From the NCBI GenBank assembly GCA_051047955.1, contig JBPGPT010000033.1:1-64000 (forward strand): a stretch of DNA of 64,000 nucleotides, written 5' to 3'. Both the position numbers and the translations under genes were made by a program. The notes under the pieces were generated by a model. The model was not told the origin of the DNA, did no database searches, and was given only the letters and a program-made list of their open reading frames with translations. The stretch comes from Cystobasidiomycetes sp. EMM_F5. Taxonomy: Eukaryota. Positions 25,558 to 39,414 of the stretch are shown in pieces (positions within the stretch are counted from its first letter, which is position 1; the number at the start of each line of letters is the position of its first letter).

Positions 25558-27061
25558 TCATAATCTCGCTTGTAAAATACTTTCCGCATTGACAGATACC
25601 GCGGCCAACTTGCCCCAGTCTTCAATAGCATTCACCATGCCTTTTACCTCAGCGACCGTATTGTTGGCGTGTAAGCAGATCCTTACGCGCTCCTGACCAA
25701 CTGGCACGCTATCGAGTAATGCATTCAATCATAACGCCTTGGACACCTCAGTGAAGGCTGCGTCACTCACGTGGGTGCAGCAATAGGCCTGACCAGGTAG
25801 CCCCGCTCGATTAGATATCTCGACAGTTGTCGCGGTCGGCTAGTGAGCACGGGTACGATGGGTGATCGCCTCACTCCAGCTCCACTAATGGACTCTTCAG
25901 AGCTTTGTGGTGGCATATACACAACGTGTTTACCAAGTTGTGCATTTGAGAGGATGTCGTGACAGGTATTCGCTAAACTCTGCAATTTCGTTATATTCTG
26001 CGAGAGATTTGGCAGTCAGGATACTCTTTGGTGCTAAATCTTGTGCGTGCTTACTGCATCAGCATGCCCATCTTCCAAGTGGCTCAGTGAGGCAGATATT
26101 GCGGAAACCATCAGGTGCGGCATAACTGTAGAATATATAAGCGGCCTCGCATAGTTGATAAAATAGTTGCGCATGACGGGACTGCAAATGACGACGCCTA
26201 GAATGAATTAGGCATAAATGCGTGAATGGCTGCAAAGCTTCGAGTGTATGCCTCACCTCCAGAACATGCCATCGCTTTTCCGAAGGTGTGTAGTCGTATC
26301 AGGATGCGGTCGGAAACGCCCAAGTCGTGACACAATCCGCGTCCGTTCTTTCCAAACAGACCCGTCGAATGCGCTTCGTCTACTATTAGATGGCCATTGC
26401 CGTTTGGGAAGAGTCGCTCGACAACTTGGAGGATCTGCTTGATTGGCGCTAGGTCGCCGTCCATGGAGTATAGTGACTCTACGGCCACAAACACCTGACT
26501 TGATCCCGTTTGAAAGCCTGTCCCCTGTGGGCCCTTCAGTAGACCTTGTAGCTGTGTCTCTAGATCCTGCACGCTGTTGTGGCGGAATGCAATTCGCGTG
26601 GATGTACGTGATGTACGCATACCGTCGTGCGCAGATGCGTGAATGTACTCGTCGTACACTATTGCATCCTCTGGGCTGGGCAAGCAGGCAAACACGCCAG
26701 CATTTGCATCAAAACCGCTGTTGAACAAGAGGGCAGACGGGCCTTGGAAGAAGCGAGCTAGACGTCGCTCCAGCTCGAGGTGTGAGCTCGAATTCCCATC
26801 CAGCAGCCGCGATGAAGCTGGTCCATAATATGTTTTGGTTGAGCTGGTGGCAGACGACGAAGTTCCCTCGCCTAGCAGGACATTTCGCAAGCGGTTCTGC
26901 AGCACTGGCGACCTCGACAGCGAGAGATAGTCGTTGGAGGAAAAGTCGACGAGCTGCGATGCATCGTACGGCGGTGGATCCAGCGAGCGGAGTGCGCTTT
27001 TTTGCAGTCGCCGTTCGAGGACTGCAGCTATCCGCCTGTGAAGGATCTCTGCCACGGCCAT
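25558..27061 (-). CDS. bioF: 8-amino-7-oxononanoate (KAPA) synthase, PLP-dependent, with PTS1 (-ARL)
   Basis: DFSSNDYLSL, SRLLDGNS, LFNSGFDAN, DEYIHAS, ESLYSMDGD, DEAHSTG, HTFGKA. Introns about 26256-26198, 26054-25999 and 25770-25709. Last exon VPVGQERVRICLHA..ILQARL*. Confidence 0.93.
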
Positions 27062-27217
27062 GCTTGGATCATAAACAGGTCAATCTACTTGTCATGGAGT
27101 ATCGTGAAGGTCAGTCTTGCAATAACCTGCAGTCGCTTCTTTAGCCGACCAGTCCAGGTCACATCAAGCCTCCGCACAGACCCGCTTCTCTCCTCTGCAC
27201 CAATTTCTTCTCTGCAT

Positions 27218-28671
27218 ATGACTGCGTTTCTTGACTTACCTGATGAAATCATTGCCCGCATATTCCGGCTGGTCCGCGAAAGCTGCGAAGACGATGTCCG
27301 CAAGCGGATATTTGAGCAGGAAGATGCAGATGGAATGGTCAACATGGCAGCTCCTGGCAAGCTGGTGGGCAGGAACCTTATACGGCCCTACTTCCACATC
27401 CGTTGACCGGCTCTACTGTATGGAAGCTGCCGCTGACCCGCGTATGCAAGCGTCTGTTGCCACTGGCTTTGAAGACTCTCTACTACCTTGGTCACGTTTG
27501 GGACAGCTTTACCGCCCGCAGACTTGCAGAGATTCTACGGACAGATGCCGCTGGCTATCTGCGAAGCCTGCGGATTGATCATGGCGAAAGCCTCGTGTCC
27601 ATCAGCAGCGATCCTATCGTACTATTCAGCTGCTGGCTGGCCATACTTGAGGGCTTCGTGCAGGAGCTGCGACTATTCACAAAACTGCATCACCTGCACG
27701 TTGCGCTGCCACAGCGTCAGTCCCAGAATTCGACTATGATAGAACCCCTACAGCCATTTCCAATTCTTTTCCAGTCTGGCTTACGAACGCTGTCAATCAA
27801 AGGCGGTAGCCCTATAGGTGCTATCGACTTTCTGAGACGCACCTGCGACAGTTCCCATCCTCTGGCCGTGTCGATGCTTCGTCTGGAAGGGCTGCAGGGC
27901 TCAGATCTAATGGATCTCAACAACCTGAGCCCATTCTTACAGTGCAATCGACTGGTTATCTTTGATGGCTTTCATCGATATCAGTATTCGCCAAGCATTC
28001 ACAACGTTCAAGACTTCTTGGGCGTATTGATCCAACCGTATCCAACGCATCTCTCCATTACCAAGACATGCTTTCGAAGTGTCGGCTTATTGGTCGAGAT
28101 CATGGAGACTTTGGGTCCACAACTCCGCGATTTGCATCTGTCAATGTCGGAAGCGCTCCCATCACCTCAGGGCGCAGGCACACGCGCATTCTACCATATA
28201 CAGGAAATGTGCGATCCCACTTCACCGAATATACCAGCGGTCGTTGGCAAGATCTTTTCCCCATGTCAGCGAGTACGTCGGCTGCAGCTCGACCTCGTCG
28301 ACATGACCGTTCTGGCGCATCTGCCAGAGATGGCAGCTCTGGACGATCTGGACGTACAGTGGCATCTCAATCATCCAGACTGCGAGCCAAATGATCTACT
28401 CATGTTTCTCAGCTTACGGGCACGACTCACAAAGTTGACAATCAGGCTCATCCCAGGCTCACCTGCTTCGTATTACGATATTGACCCTAGTCAACTCTTG
28501 GCTGCATTGGTCAATGAAGCTCATGCGGTGGTTTCTTGCATCAGATTGTGCGAAGTCAATGGCACTACCCTTACTTCGGACTTGTTACTACAATGGATAC
28601 AGTGTACATGCAGGCATGCACCGCCCGACGTTAGCGCTCAATTGCAATTGCAGCTTGGTGTGGGACAGTGA
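27218..28671 (+). CDS. F-box/leucine-rich-repeat-like protein
   Basis: MTAFLDLPDEIIARIF, then after an intron LPLTRVCKRLLPLALKTLY. LxxLxL repeats (LRSLRI, LHHLHV, LRTLSI, LRDLHL, LTKLTI). Confidence 0.7.
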
Positions 28672-28854
28672 TTAGATAAAGTAGAAGCCACGAGGCAGCC
28701 TTTGCATCCTGATGAACCGTGTCCTATGTCCCTTACGCAGACTTTAAGACTCGATACAAAGTAGGCTACTTAAAAGCTCCCCATACATACGATGCACATG
28801 CAAACACAATACGCCAGAGTCCGTTGGCAACCCTAAGCTAGTCAAAGTTGCCCC

Positions 28855-30265
28855 TTACGCACAAAAGGCTGCAACAACAAGCGCACCGAGCAAGCCTACG
28901 ATGGAGCTCTTGACGCTCACTGCGCCATTTGGCTTGGATGTAGTTGGTGCAGCCGACGAGAAAGACGCAGCGTTGTTGTTGATGCCCGACGATACAGAAG
29001 ATACTGGTTTGGCAGTGGTGCTTGAGCCCGCAGCACTGGACTTGCCGCTGCTCGATGGGGCACTGGTCACGGTAGCGCTGCTAGACGTCGGACTGTCAAG
29101 AAAAAAGCACGTCAATCTCGATGGCATATCGCGTTCGCTGGCGGTGGTAGGCTTACGTGATGGTAACTCCCGTCACGGATGGTGCCAATTGACCATACTT
29201 CAGATCAGTGATGGAAGAGCATTTCGAGCTGGCGCCCGGGGCCTGGGCTTGGGGTGTGTAGGCTTGTCCCTCTGAAAGAATGCATCCAGCTTCAGCTTGT
29301 TGTTACTCGGTGTCTGTATTACGCATATGCTCACGCCAGAAGGTACTGCCCCACGCATTGCCATTGGCGGGGTAAACTCCCATAGGCTGGCCGGAATCAG
29401 CTTGACAAGTACCAAAGCCATCGCTGTAATCGCCTGGCATATTGAAGTCACATCCCATCACATCGTAGACGTGCTGACAGTAGATCTTGGCGTTCTTTCC
29501 AGCTGGATTGCAGGCGCGAATGCAGAATTGGGTTGCAGACATGAAGCTGAGTGGGAACGCATCAGCCAAACCTGTCAAGCTCCTGTTGCAGCAGAACAGA
29601 CTTTGTCCATTCGGGAATTTGCTGCATGCCCCCTCCGAATGCGTCAGAGAAGACGAGACCTCCGTGAGGATTACCATAACCATCCGGGCCGTGCTGTTTG
29701 ATCAAGAAATAAGCGGTGAGTGTAGCGTCAGCAGGTGCCTTTGACAGTTGCACATGCAAAAAGCTTCGACGCACAGGATCCAGCTCTCCTCCTGCATCTC
29801 CGCCCTTGACGTTCATCTTGGTAAAGTCACCGTAGCCGGTAATTTGGATAAAGTCTGGAGTCTGGATGAAGTGTGCCGCTTTCAGGATGCCATTAGGTAT
29901 GCTCCGGGTGCCTCTACCATTTCGAGTGCAATAGGCGACCTCAATCTGTTCGGTTGCGCCAATTTCTCCCTCTGGGTTGGGGGGACCCCAGAGGCAGAAG
30001 TCTTCGATGCTGTTGACAACGGCTGTCTGGCATTGTGAGGTCTGGCTGTTTTGACCCGTGCAGTTGTTGTAGCCTGACAGCAGGAGGCAGACATCAGCAT
30101 AGGAATGTTTATACTACTGCGTGGCGTTGATCAAAACTTACCGGTCTGTCCGGCACCCGCCTCAGATTGATAGGGAAGCTTGTTCCAATCCCATCCTGCG
30201 GATACTGCAGATGCAGTTGCAAGGATAGTGGCTGCTGCGAGACCAACGTTGTTGAGGGATGGCAT
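28855..30265 (-). CDS. Secreted GPI-anchored Ser/Thr-rich mannoprotein (MP88 / macrophage-activating-glycoprotein-like)
   Basis: Signal peptide MPSLNNVGLAAATILATASAVSA. Cys-rich domain DFCLWGPP, EVAYCT, GGELDPHG, GNPHGGLV, FCIRAC, CQHVYDVMGC. S/T tail and hydrophobic C-terminus NGAVSVKSSIVGLLGALVVAAFCA. Confidence 0.8.
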
Positions 30266-31087
30266 GTTTGTTTGAGAGCTTGCTTTGTGTTGATGTTGAC
30301 TATGTGTTGGCGAAGCTGGCGTTCGGGTGGGATAACAGGGTTAAAAGATAGACTAGGGTCCTATACGCAGCAGATCAAGAGAGAGGGATGGTTGCATTAG
30401 CATACTTCGCTGTGCAGGGATCTATGGTGGCGGGCATAGCCTGCCTCAGCAGATTGTGACTTACAGACAATGCGGCAGTGCGCGACTAGAGGTGAGTTGA
30501 GAAGGTGTTGGGGAAGAAGCGGAAAGCGATGTGTACTTGGTCGGCAGAGAAGAGAGCTCTGAAGGTTCGTTATCAGAGGGAATCCCCAAAATCTTCCCTG
30601 CCTGTTTTGCTGCATTTTTTTGTTAATTTAGGCTTGGGATGCCATGAAATTCGAGCCTTCATCCTATTCAGGTCGAGATATGGCGGCAGGATCGTGCATG
30701 GCGCGTGTTGACAAACATCAGGAATGTTTTGCGATCGGCGGACGCGTCCCTGTCAGAGCAATGACAGTTTCGACTTCAGCATCCATAGCACACACGCAGC
30801 ACTTCTGATATTATTGCGACAGCCCCAAATGACTGCCTTGCCGTCTGTATACTGTAGCGTTATGCCGTATGGCTTTGCGGCGTTGAAAGCTAAGTTTGAC
30901 GCGTCTGTAAAGTCACGTGACTTTGATTGCGCCTGTCACCCCACGACCAGGTGTACGGAGATCAGGTTTGCATTTCAGGACACGCAAACTAGTGACTATT
31001 TCCAGTCGTGACTTGTTTGAGAGTACATATGTATGTCGCCGTCTTGCGGAATCTTTCCAGAGTCCCTGCGCTCATTTGGATCACTTA

Positions 31088-32765
31088 TTACTGATTGCTT
31101 TCTCTTGGTTTGATCTCAACTTGGTCAAATTGATCTGCTGGTATTATACCTTCGTTATCTCGTTCGATGAGCTGCTCGAATGTGAACCCGCAAGCGCAGC
31201 AATAGCGTTCCTCCAATCTTTCCGGTTGGAACTCGCTCTTGGATTGTGGCACCGAGCCGTATTTTGGAACGTTGAGCCATTCCGAAATAAGCATGCACTG
31301 CAGATGTATCGATGCGGAAGCCGAGCAGAACAGAGTAGTCAGCATGGACGTATTCTACATTTTCTTTCGTTCCACAACTCAAAAGCTGCTCACACTGGCG
31401 AGAACAACCGGCGTTCTCAACGTAATCAATTTGCGAGCACCCACTGCATCGGTAACATCGATCTCGAATACAAGCTCGTGGTGGTACTCGTTTGGCGAAA
31501 CCGTGCCGGGAAGGGAACTGGCAAACAAGAACCGATCGTCTGGCAAGCGAGCGACCGCTGCCATGGAGATGACATCGTTCTCCTCGCGAGTGAATGGTGG
31601 ATCGAAGACTTGATAGCGTAATCTGGTTGGGCTGAATTGCCATTTTGGTCCGTTGGCGCGTGGTGAAGTGTAGCTGCCAGTGGTATTTGTAAAACATCGA
31701 ATCTGCCGGATGACGGTCTCTTTGGGCACATCGGGGAAGCGAAAATTGATGCTCAGTAGGCATCCAACCGTGAGTGAGCGTGCTGTAAGAATGAGGGTCA
31801 TCGGGCCTGTTTGGGGCGCCCATTCTTCGATGACTCGTCTTTCGTAGATAAAGAGTAGGTAGATCAGCTACAGTAGTACGCGATACTGGTGCGTTACTGA
31901 AGGAGGGGGCTCACTCCAGTGAAGGCGGCAATTCGCCTGGCTCTGCCGGACTAGCGACAATGGCAAAGAATTGGGCTTGATATCCTTCCGCCCATTCTTT
32001 CCGGGAAAGGGATGCGCCGCGCTTATCGATGACATTCCGACTGGGGAAGTTGTCGACGAATATCCTTGTGCTTCCATCTGCTAGCCGACGGACAATCTGC
32101 AATCGAATGCCATACCACCTTCCGGCCATGCCAGTATCTGCTCCGGGATTGTGACCATATTCATTGTGTTCGTCATTGGTTTGATCTGTGTAGCGTATGC
32201 GCAAGCCGTGGACAGGATGTTAGACGAAACCGTCTGAGAATGCTACTTCCGCCAAGCATGGCACGCACAGTGAGACCGAGGAAAGCTTGTACACAAGAGT
32301 TCGAATGCAAAGGGCAGTCTGCCAAGCGGATGACAAGCGAATGTAAGAGTTGAAAGAGTTATGAGATTGTATATTGTAAGCTCCAGCTGGTGATTGGGAC
32401 TCTCGTTTGGAATATTTCGCCTACTCATGTACGCCAGGAGAAATGACGCCCGGTGCAGCTATTTTACAGGATTGAGAAGGAAATTCACCGCGATCCTTCT
32501 GGCCTGTCACAGCACTCTGCGCAACGTAGTGCTTTGTCAGGCTGGCCACTACTTCCACCCATTCGTCGGGCTTGTCGACCAAAAGAACAAAACGACCTGA
32601 GACTGTCGCAGATTTCGGAGCTTGGCTTCCTGGCAGGATAGCGTGCGGGTAAAGGACTATCAACGGCGGGACAGCGTCAAAGACGAGCGGCTTGACGTGG
32701 ATATGGCTGTTGTCTCTGGAGCTGCTGGAGCTGCTGCCATTGCCGAGTCGGAATAGCCGGTTCAT
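31088..32765 (-). CDS. Arrestin-like adaptor protein (putative)
   Basis: Beta-rich segments ATVSGRFVLLV, ISPGVHE, LPFAFEL, SLTVGCLL, VARLPDD, HHELVFEI. PxY motif (VPKY) and CCACG near the C-terminus. Multi-exon, boundaries approximate. Confidence 0.55.
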
Positions 32766-33163
32766 TCTCGAAGACTGTTGATGGTCGATGGCACGCTCAT
32801 GTTCTGCTCCCGTCTGCACTGTCAGAATCTCATAAGCAGACACTTGTTTCAGGTTTACAGGGTTGTAGAAGGTTCAAAAGCTTCAAGTTGCCAACCAGTA
32901 ACAATCAAAGTCCGTCTAATTCAGAGGATTGGACTGCACACTCGGTCTGCAAGTATTCAGAACAATGTCCAGCATATTCCTAGTCCAATGGTCTTGTTTC
33001 TAATGCAAGGCATGCAATTTTTTGTCGATGGTCAGCTGACACGACCCCCGGCTATTCAATTCCAAACCCAGTCCGACAACGTGTCTGCCGCTTGCCTTTA
33101 GCTCAACAAGCACCCAGCAACCTCGAAACCTCAGCGCTAACCCATTTCCCTTACTCCGAAGCC

Positions 33164-34070
33164 ATGTCTGCAGGATTCGTGCCCGACCATCACAAGCAGA
33201 CTGTGTCGAGCGAGGTGAGCCTGAAGCCTTATTTACTCATTTATTCCGGCTGACCAGCGTGCTGCACCTCCAAGCCCCTCGGTGAAATCTTCAGAGACGT
33301 CAACAAGAAGCCAGACTATGTGAGTGGGCTGTCTGTGTTGTGTGCGGTGGTTTTGTAATCCGAGCCCAGCGTTGCGGTGCCCCGTTCGAGCGGAGGCCGT
33401 CAGGCACACAAAGCTGTCTGCGCATTTCTATACAAAGCTGAATCAACGCATACAATAGGACAATCAAGGCGAGCCCGACAATGAGATTGACCGCTTCGAC
33501 GAGCAAGAGGATATTGAATTTGGCAACCGAGGAAGACGAGAGAGGGTGAGTTGGCCGACATGAGCTGAGTGGGGTGGATAATACCAAAGCTGACAATCAC
33601 CATCTATCTGTCTCTGAACATCAATATCCTCTATTCAATCGACCTTGCAACCATGTCTGCAGGTTCAACGCGAACCAAGCGGCGCAACAAGCGCACGATC
33701 TGGTTCAGTCTCTCGATCTCGCGACCGCAGCGTAGCTAGTACGGGAATTGCCGGATACACCGAAACACCACAGCAGAGCACCAACGAGGCCCGCAACGCA
33801 TCTCTGAGTCCAACCCGAGCGATGGGAGCGAGAAGCGTGTCCCGAGGCCGCGACTCCTCCGCCGACACTCGCATGCGCACCAGACTCGATACCCTCGAAG
33901 GCATTGGAAGCTCCATCTCCCCAGTCGTCGCACACGATGCTCTTGATGGTAGTACAGGCATACGAGGCAGACAGAGTCGCTCCCCCGCACCAGGCGAAAA
34001 TTCGGGTCGCGTCTCGTCAATGTCGCCAAGCCGTGCGATGGGTGCTCGAAGCACCTTTACTGCGCAGTAG
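33164..34070 (+). CDS. Small Ser/Arg-rich disordered hypothetical protein
   Basis: Four exons join in frame through GTGAG donors: MSAGFVPDHHKQTVSSE / PLGEIFRDVNKKPDY / DNQGEPDNEIDRFDEQ..RRER / VQREPSG..AQ*. Confidence 0.6.
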
Positions 34071-34226
34071 AGCGGAAGTTGGGACACGGACCAAAACTAT
34101 GAGTAGTAGGATATACGCCTTACTTGCTTAATTTCAGCAAACTTGAAACGAAATCGTCATTTCGCTATAGCAACTCCCCCTTCATAGCAGTATGTACTGT
34201 TGATGGCAATCAATCTAGTGGCAGGC

Positions 34227-37200
34227 CTATATCCCACGTATTTTGACAAAGCATTTGCTATAGTCGTCCAGAACCAGGCCGACAACATCGACGGTGACTT
34301 GCTGATTCAGAGCCAGATCGGGCGCCGGGTTTATAGGCACGACTGCAGTAGCCATGAATCCCAAATCGTGAAGCAGTACACTGACGTTATATTCAAGAGA
34401 GATTGTGACGATGGCAATCCTCTCAATCGTGCCTTTGAGTCCGCCCAATAACAGATTGGCTGCGGCGGGATCCCTTTCGGGATGTAGTTTGACTTCCTCG
34501 AGCTTGTTGGAAAGCGCGTACAACTTCCAGAACAACTTCGCTCTCGTTTCGGTTCGCTTTCTGTAACGTCCCGTTCGTTCAATCTGCTTTACAAGCCTAG
34601 CGACATCGTCAGAGGAGAACGGAGGCCTGACAGTCTGCGCAGAGGCAGGCAGTAGCGTGCTCTTCAGCTGCCAATGTACGAGCAGGTCGCCATAGCGCCG
34701 AAGAGGGCTAGTAGCACGGACATAACCACCTTCCTGAGCGGTAATGCCCATCGGCCAATGATCAACGGGATGAAGGGAGTTGTAGGCAGCCTGAAAGGCT
34801 GCACCGGTCTGCACTACCATTCGATATGGCACTTCGCCAGTTTCCGGGTCCCGACTTGCCATCAGCAATGCGAGATCTTCCTGAGACGGCATGATGGGTG
34901 CGTCTTGCCCTCGATAGGCTATAGGAGTCCGTTTGCTGGAAAGATAACGGGCTGCAATCTGCCCCGCCAGCACCATCAGCTGGGCTACCATGTTCTGTGC
35001 TGGATTTATGCCTGAAATGCCGCCCGTGGAGAGGTTCATCTGTATAGAAGGATGGGGGGCGTCACGAGACGACATCGCTGGTGCTCCCGTCGGAATAATA
35101 TTGTCGGAATGGCCTAAGGTCACTTCGCTGGCCCGCTGATTCCAGCCGATCAGTGTGCGGGCCACCCTCTTGCGACGTAATGCTTTTGATAATCGCTCCA
35201 GGAGCTTCAGATCTAGTCTTTCGCGTGCAGTCATCGAAGTGAAAACTTCGCGATTGGGAGAAATAGTTTGATGAGTAGAACCGGCAGGCGCCCATTTGAT
35301 ACTTGCTAGACCAACCGATGGTGTTGCGTTTTGTGTTGTTCCCGCCTGGAGCACTTCGGCCACAGCATCGTATGTCGTGACCTTGACGTTTCGGATAATG
35401 CTGGGCTCGACCTTCTGTTCCAGTAAGATTCCATCTTCGTCAACCCTAGCAGAGAAAGTGAGCGCAGTCTGTCCCTGTTGATGCTTGGAATGGACACTAC
35501 TGCCCAAGCTCCATCCATGGCGTTGTATAGTCGGTAGATCAATCATCGGCCACACTTGTTCCGGGAAATAGGCGCTCTCCACGCGTTCAGCGGCGAGACG
35601 CGCCACAGCATCAGTCGGTTGGAGATTGGCTGTGGGATCAGCAATGTGCATGTGGAGCCAGTACGTAGGCCTGCCCGTGCTGTCAGGGACATTGGCCGGC
35701 GAAATGGATATACCATCGTCCAATTCTGTTGCAGATGGGTCATCAATCACGTATACGGGCAGCTGGCCAAAATCGTGCCGAATGGTGTCGAGACCATCTA
35801 CAGTGGTGATCTGCTCTGTCGAAGAACGAGAATATTGTTTACTTGCCAGCGCCAGCTCATTCGACCACCTCTGCAATCCAAGCTCTCGGTGTCGTAGTAC
35901 CAGATTCTCCCATTTTTTAAAGACACCGATACCCTTCAGCAGATTGATGAGTCTTGCCCGTAACGTAAAAGAAGCTGGAACCTCCCCTGCGGAAGCTAGA
36001 AGCTTGACCTGAGTAGACGCGGAGTCTTCAATCTGATTCAAAATAGAGGCAGCAGCTGCTACGAATGGGTTGCCGGATTTCACGCGCCTAGTCTCAAGAA
36101 TGAGTTTGAGAAACTGAATAATCCTAAGATCGCTCTTGCTCCAGGCGGGGGACTGTGAAGGGGAGATATCGCTCTGCTGAAGCGCTGCTCTAGCGGAGAT
36201 GAGGAAGGACTCCATTTGCGGCGAATTGGCTCTAGTCCAAGTCCTGACTTCCTGCAGACACGCTGTTTCGTCTAGAGGCCGCACACGAAACCTTCCAACG
36301 GTCAAGAATTCGACTTGATCAGCCACATAGAGGTGTGCATTAGACAGCAGATAATCTCCAATTGCTGCCATGCGGTATTGACGTTGCTGCTCGCTGAGCT
36401 CGAACGCCCGCCCTGTACGCCGAGCTTCTGCTTCTTCGGGACCGTAAAGGACGTTGTAAACATCCTCGGTCACAACGTATACCGGCGCAGTATCGCTCGC
36501 AAGCGAGGCCCACCGAGTATGCACAGTACCAATGCCGAGCTGGATTACTTCCTTGGTCATATCCTCCAGTGTCAGAGCAGCAGCGTTGAGAAGACGTGCG
36601 ACCGCCAATTTGGCGTCCCATGCCTCGTGCCAGCCTTCCTGCTCATAATCGATACCGTAAGAGTCCCATTGAAGCTGCTGTGCGTCAAAATCTGGTAAGT
36701 CTGGCCGCGCGTGGACTTGCGGACTAATGCCTTCGCGGTCGAGCTCGGCAAGGTTATCTTCGTACTGCGCAGGAGACAGCTGTAATATTCGCGTAGCCGC
36801 AGAAGCAAGCTTTGGATGTACTGCGCTAGGTATGCGGTAAAGGAGATCCTCGTATCTGCAGGATACAAACAGATTTCCTCGGCTATGGAGCAGGGCACGC
36901 CGACCACGCGTTAGGGTCAGTATAGAGTCATTGCGCAGGAACACACCAAGTTCACGCGTTTCAGTGCTTGCTCTGGATGGGGAGAGTCAGCACATGAACG
37001 CTGTATACGGCACTGATGAGCTTGATCTGAAAAGTAGCTTACACACTGAACGTGACGATATCTCCGCATTGCAGTTCGGCTTTCCGACCTCTCTGGTCCT
37101 GAGTGCTGGTCCCGACCGAATCGCTAATCAAAGAACCGCTGAATGTGTCGGAATCAGCATCCGGATCGAAAGACTGATTTGCAAAAAGGTCTTCTTCTGA

Positions 37201-37857
37201 TGTAAAATCATCGGGAGAAACGAGAGCTTGGATATCGGTATGGCTAGAAGCTCGTCTGCTAACAGATGTTGCCATAGTACGGACAGTGTCACGGGGGCCA
37301 TTTTTGTACGACTTTCGGGTTGACTTTACACTTGGCGAGACTGTTGGATTAAGCCTTTCGGCTCTCCCTGGCCGCGTCAGCCCGCTACTCGAGGAGCCAT
37401 CTTTCCGGTTAGGCACATTCCACTGTCCATCTGCTTTACGCTGTAAGGAGTCTGCATGAAGCTTTTCTGTGCCAGGTTCTGTATATGGGACTGCCACTCC
37501 GTTTTGAATTCGTTCGACAGGTTTATGTACGAAACCCCGCCATCCTGGAACGAGTGCACGTACTCCCGCATTCAATGCACGCTCGAAGACTCTGAGTTGT
37601 TCAATTGTCAATTCTTGGGATTTGCGGTCGTCCAGCAACACCGCTGCCTTTCCACCTTTGGTTTTATTTGGTAAAGAATTTGAGCGAGATTGAATGCGCC
37701 GTCGAGGATTATGGAGGGATGAGGAGGTCGATGCGGCAGGACCGGTCTCTGACGAGTAGGCGATACTCGGCTTTCTGAACGAGTTTCGCTCGAGGAAATT
37801 GCATAACGTGCAGGGTATCTTGCGGGACTTTAACGCAGATTCATAGTACCTGTACAT
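34227..37857 (-). CDS. DSS1: Mitochondrial RNB-domain exoribonuclease II (DSS1/cyt-4-like)
   Basis: VYVIDDPSATELDDGISI, LHMHIADPT, SAYFPE, YVRATSPLRRYGDLLVHWQ. Basic N-terminal presequence. Confidence 0.88.
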
Positions 37858-38028
37858 GCAGTGTGCAGAATGGTTGCCGAGCGTCAGTACGGAGCAAAGC
37901 AGTCAGGTTTGATCACGACGTCGGGTTTGCCACCAGCATCAAAATTTCATGACTGCATTGTTTTGAGCTTGTCCAGCGCCCACTCTGCCAGGTCTTTGAC
38001 ATTCTGTTCTACTTTCTGTCGTAACAAT

Positions 38029-39140
38029 ATGTTCAAGCATGTCTTGAAGCGGGAGGAGTCTGAGGGAGACGAGTCTGGCTCCGACGTGGAAAATCTGCTT
38101 GAAGAGCAGGCCGGCAGCGACAGCGGAGGATCAGATGCAGACATGGCAGACGATGCGGCTGGCGAAGATATGCCACTGTTTGCAGACGACGAGGATGATG
38201 AGGAATTACCGACAAATCTACCTAGCGTAGAGGGCGCAGCAACTGAACCCATATTTGAACTGAGCCAAGACCCGAAAGGCAGGAAGACAGTAGGCTATCG
38301 TATGTTGCTCACTAATGGTACACTGTTAAACGTATCCTACCTATTCGTTGCGCCCCTTTCCTAGCTCGTGTGTTGCATGTGTCCAGACAAAGTTTTAAGA
38401 GATGGTACAATGCGCTCAGTTCATATCGAGTCACAGGTCAGTACCGGGCATGCGTGTGACAATGTCGCTCTTAACAGGCTAAACTCTACAATCTCAGTCA
38501 CACAAACGTCGCTTAGAGCGCTATGCGAAATATCTGAAAGATAATCCAGCCGTGGGGGAACAGACTGTTGACCCACGGCGCATAACCGCCTACATCGACA
38601 CCATGCTACGAATCCGGAAATCCGGTGGTGCAGGATTTACCATCGATCCTTTACATGCAAAGAAACGCACGCGCAGAGGAGGGAAGAACAGAGCCAAGAA
38701 GACTGTAGGTCGTGTACATTTGCGTATTTTGCAGATTGATCGATATAGACTGATTCATACTTTAGGGAAAATCTGATGCCAAAGACTCGGTTGACGATAC
38801 TGCCGATTCTGCGAAAGGCGATGTTGCCCCGACAAAGGCGTCAGTAATGCCTGAAGGTGACGGCATCACGGATCTGCCAGGTGTCAAAGGTCTCAATGCG
38901 AAGGAAAAGCGAAAGATGAAGCAAGCGGAAAATCGCAAGAAAGGTGCGGCTGTTCGGGAAAGTGGAGAGTCAGCGGTGTCGGCAGTAGAGTCGCAAAGCG
39001 GACAGCCGAAGAAGGGCGGCGGTCAGTTAATGAATGGAAAGAAGCGCAAGGCAGGTCCAGATGCAGGGTCAAAATTCAATCAGAAGGGAGCGGCGAAAGG
39101 ACAGTCAAAACCGACTTCGAAGCGCATCAAGGCGCAATGA
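38029..39140 (+). CDS. Acidic/basic putative nucleolar protein with a matrin/JAZ-type C2H2 zinc finger
   Basis: Acidic N-terminus. Spliced SCVACPDKVLRDGTMRSVHIESQSHKRRLERY. Lys-rich C-terminus. About 3 introns. Confidence 0.6.
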
Positions 39141-39414
39141 GAATTGGGCTTTTATCGGTTTGAACGTTCGTTGTTGTACATCGGTTAGAGAGGCAGATGT
39201 ACTGGTGCTGTACCGCGCATGCATGGCTCTTTGTATGCATCCAAGTTATAAGCTCACCGTTCAACGGCTCTAGAAAGGTGCGTCACCAGGACGACGTCTG
39301 AAAAAGGTCTGGAGTATTGTTGTTCACCTACTGACCGTCTCCAGTGACCACTTGATCTATATCCAAACTGAAATCCTGTGACTTGACGTGTGCTTCACAA
39401 ACAGTGTCACAAAC

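Noticed and set aside
30917..31823. Overlapping 234-aa (+) and 222-aa (-) ORFs
   Set aside because: They are shadow frames of the arrestin-like gene with no recognisable motifs.
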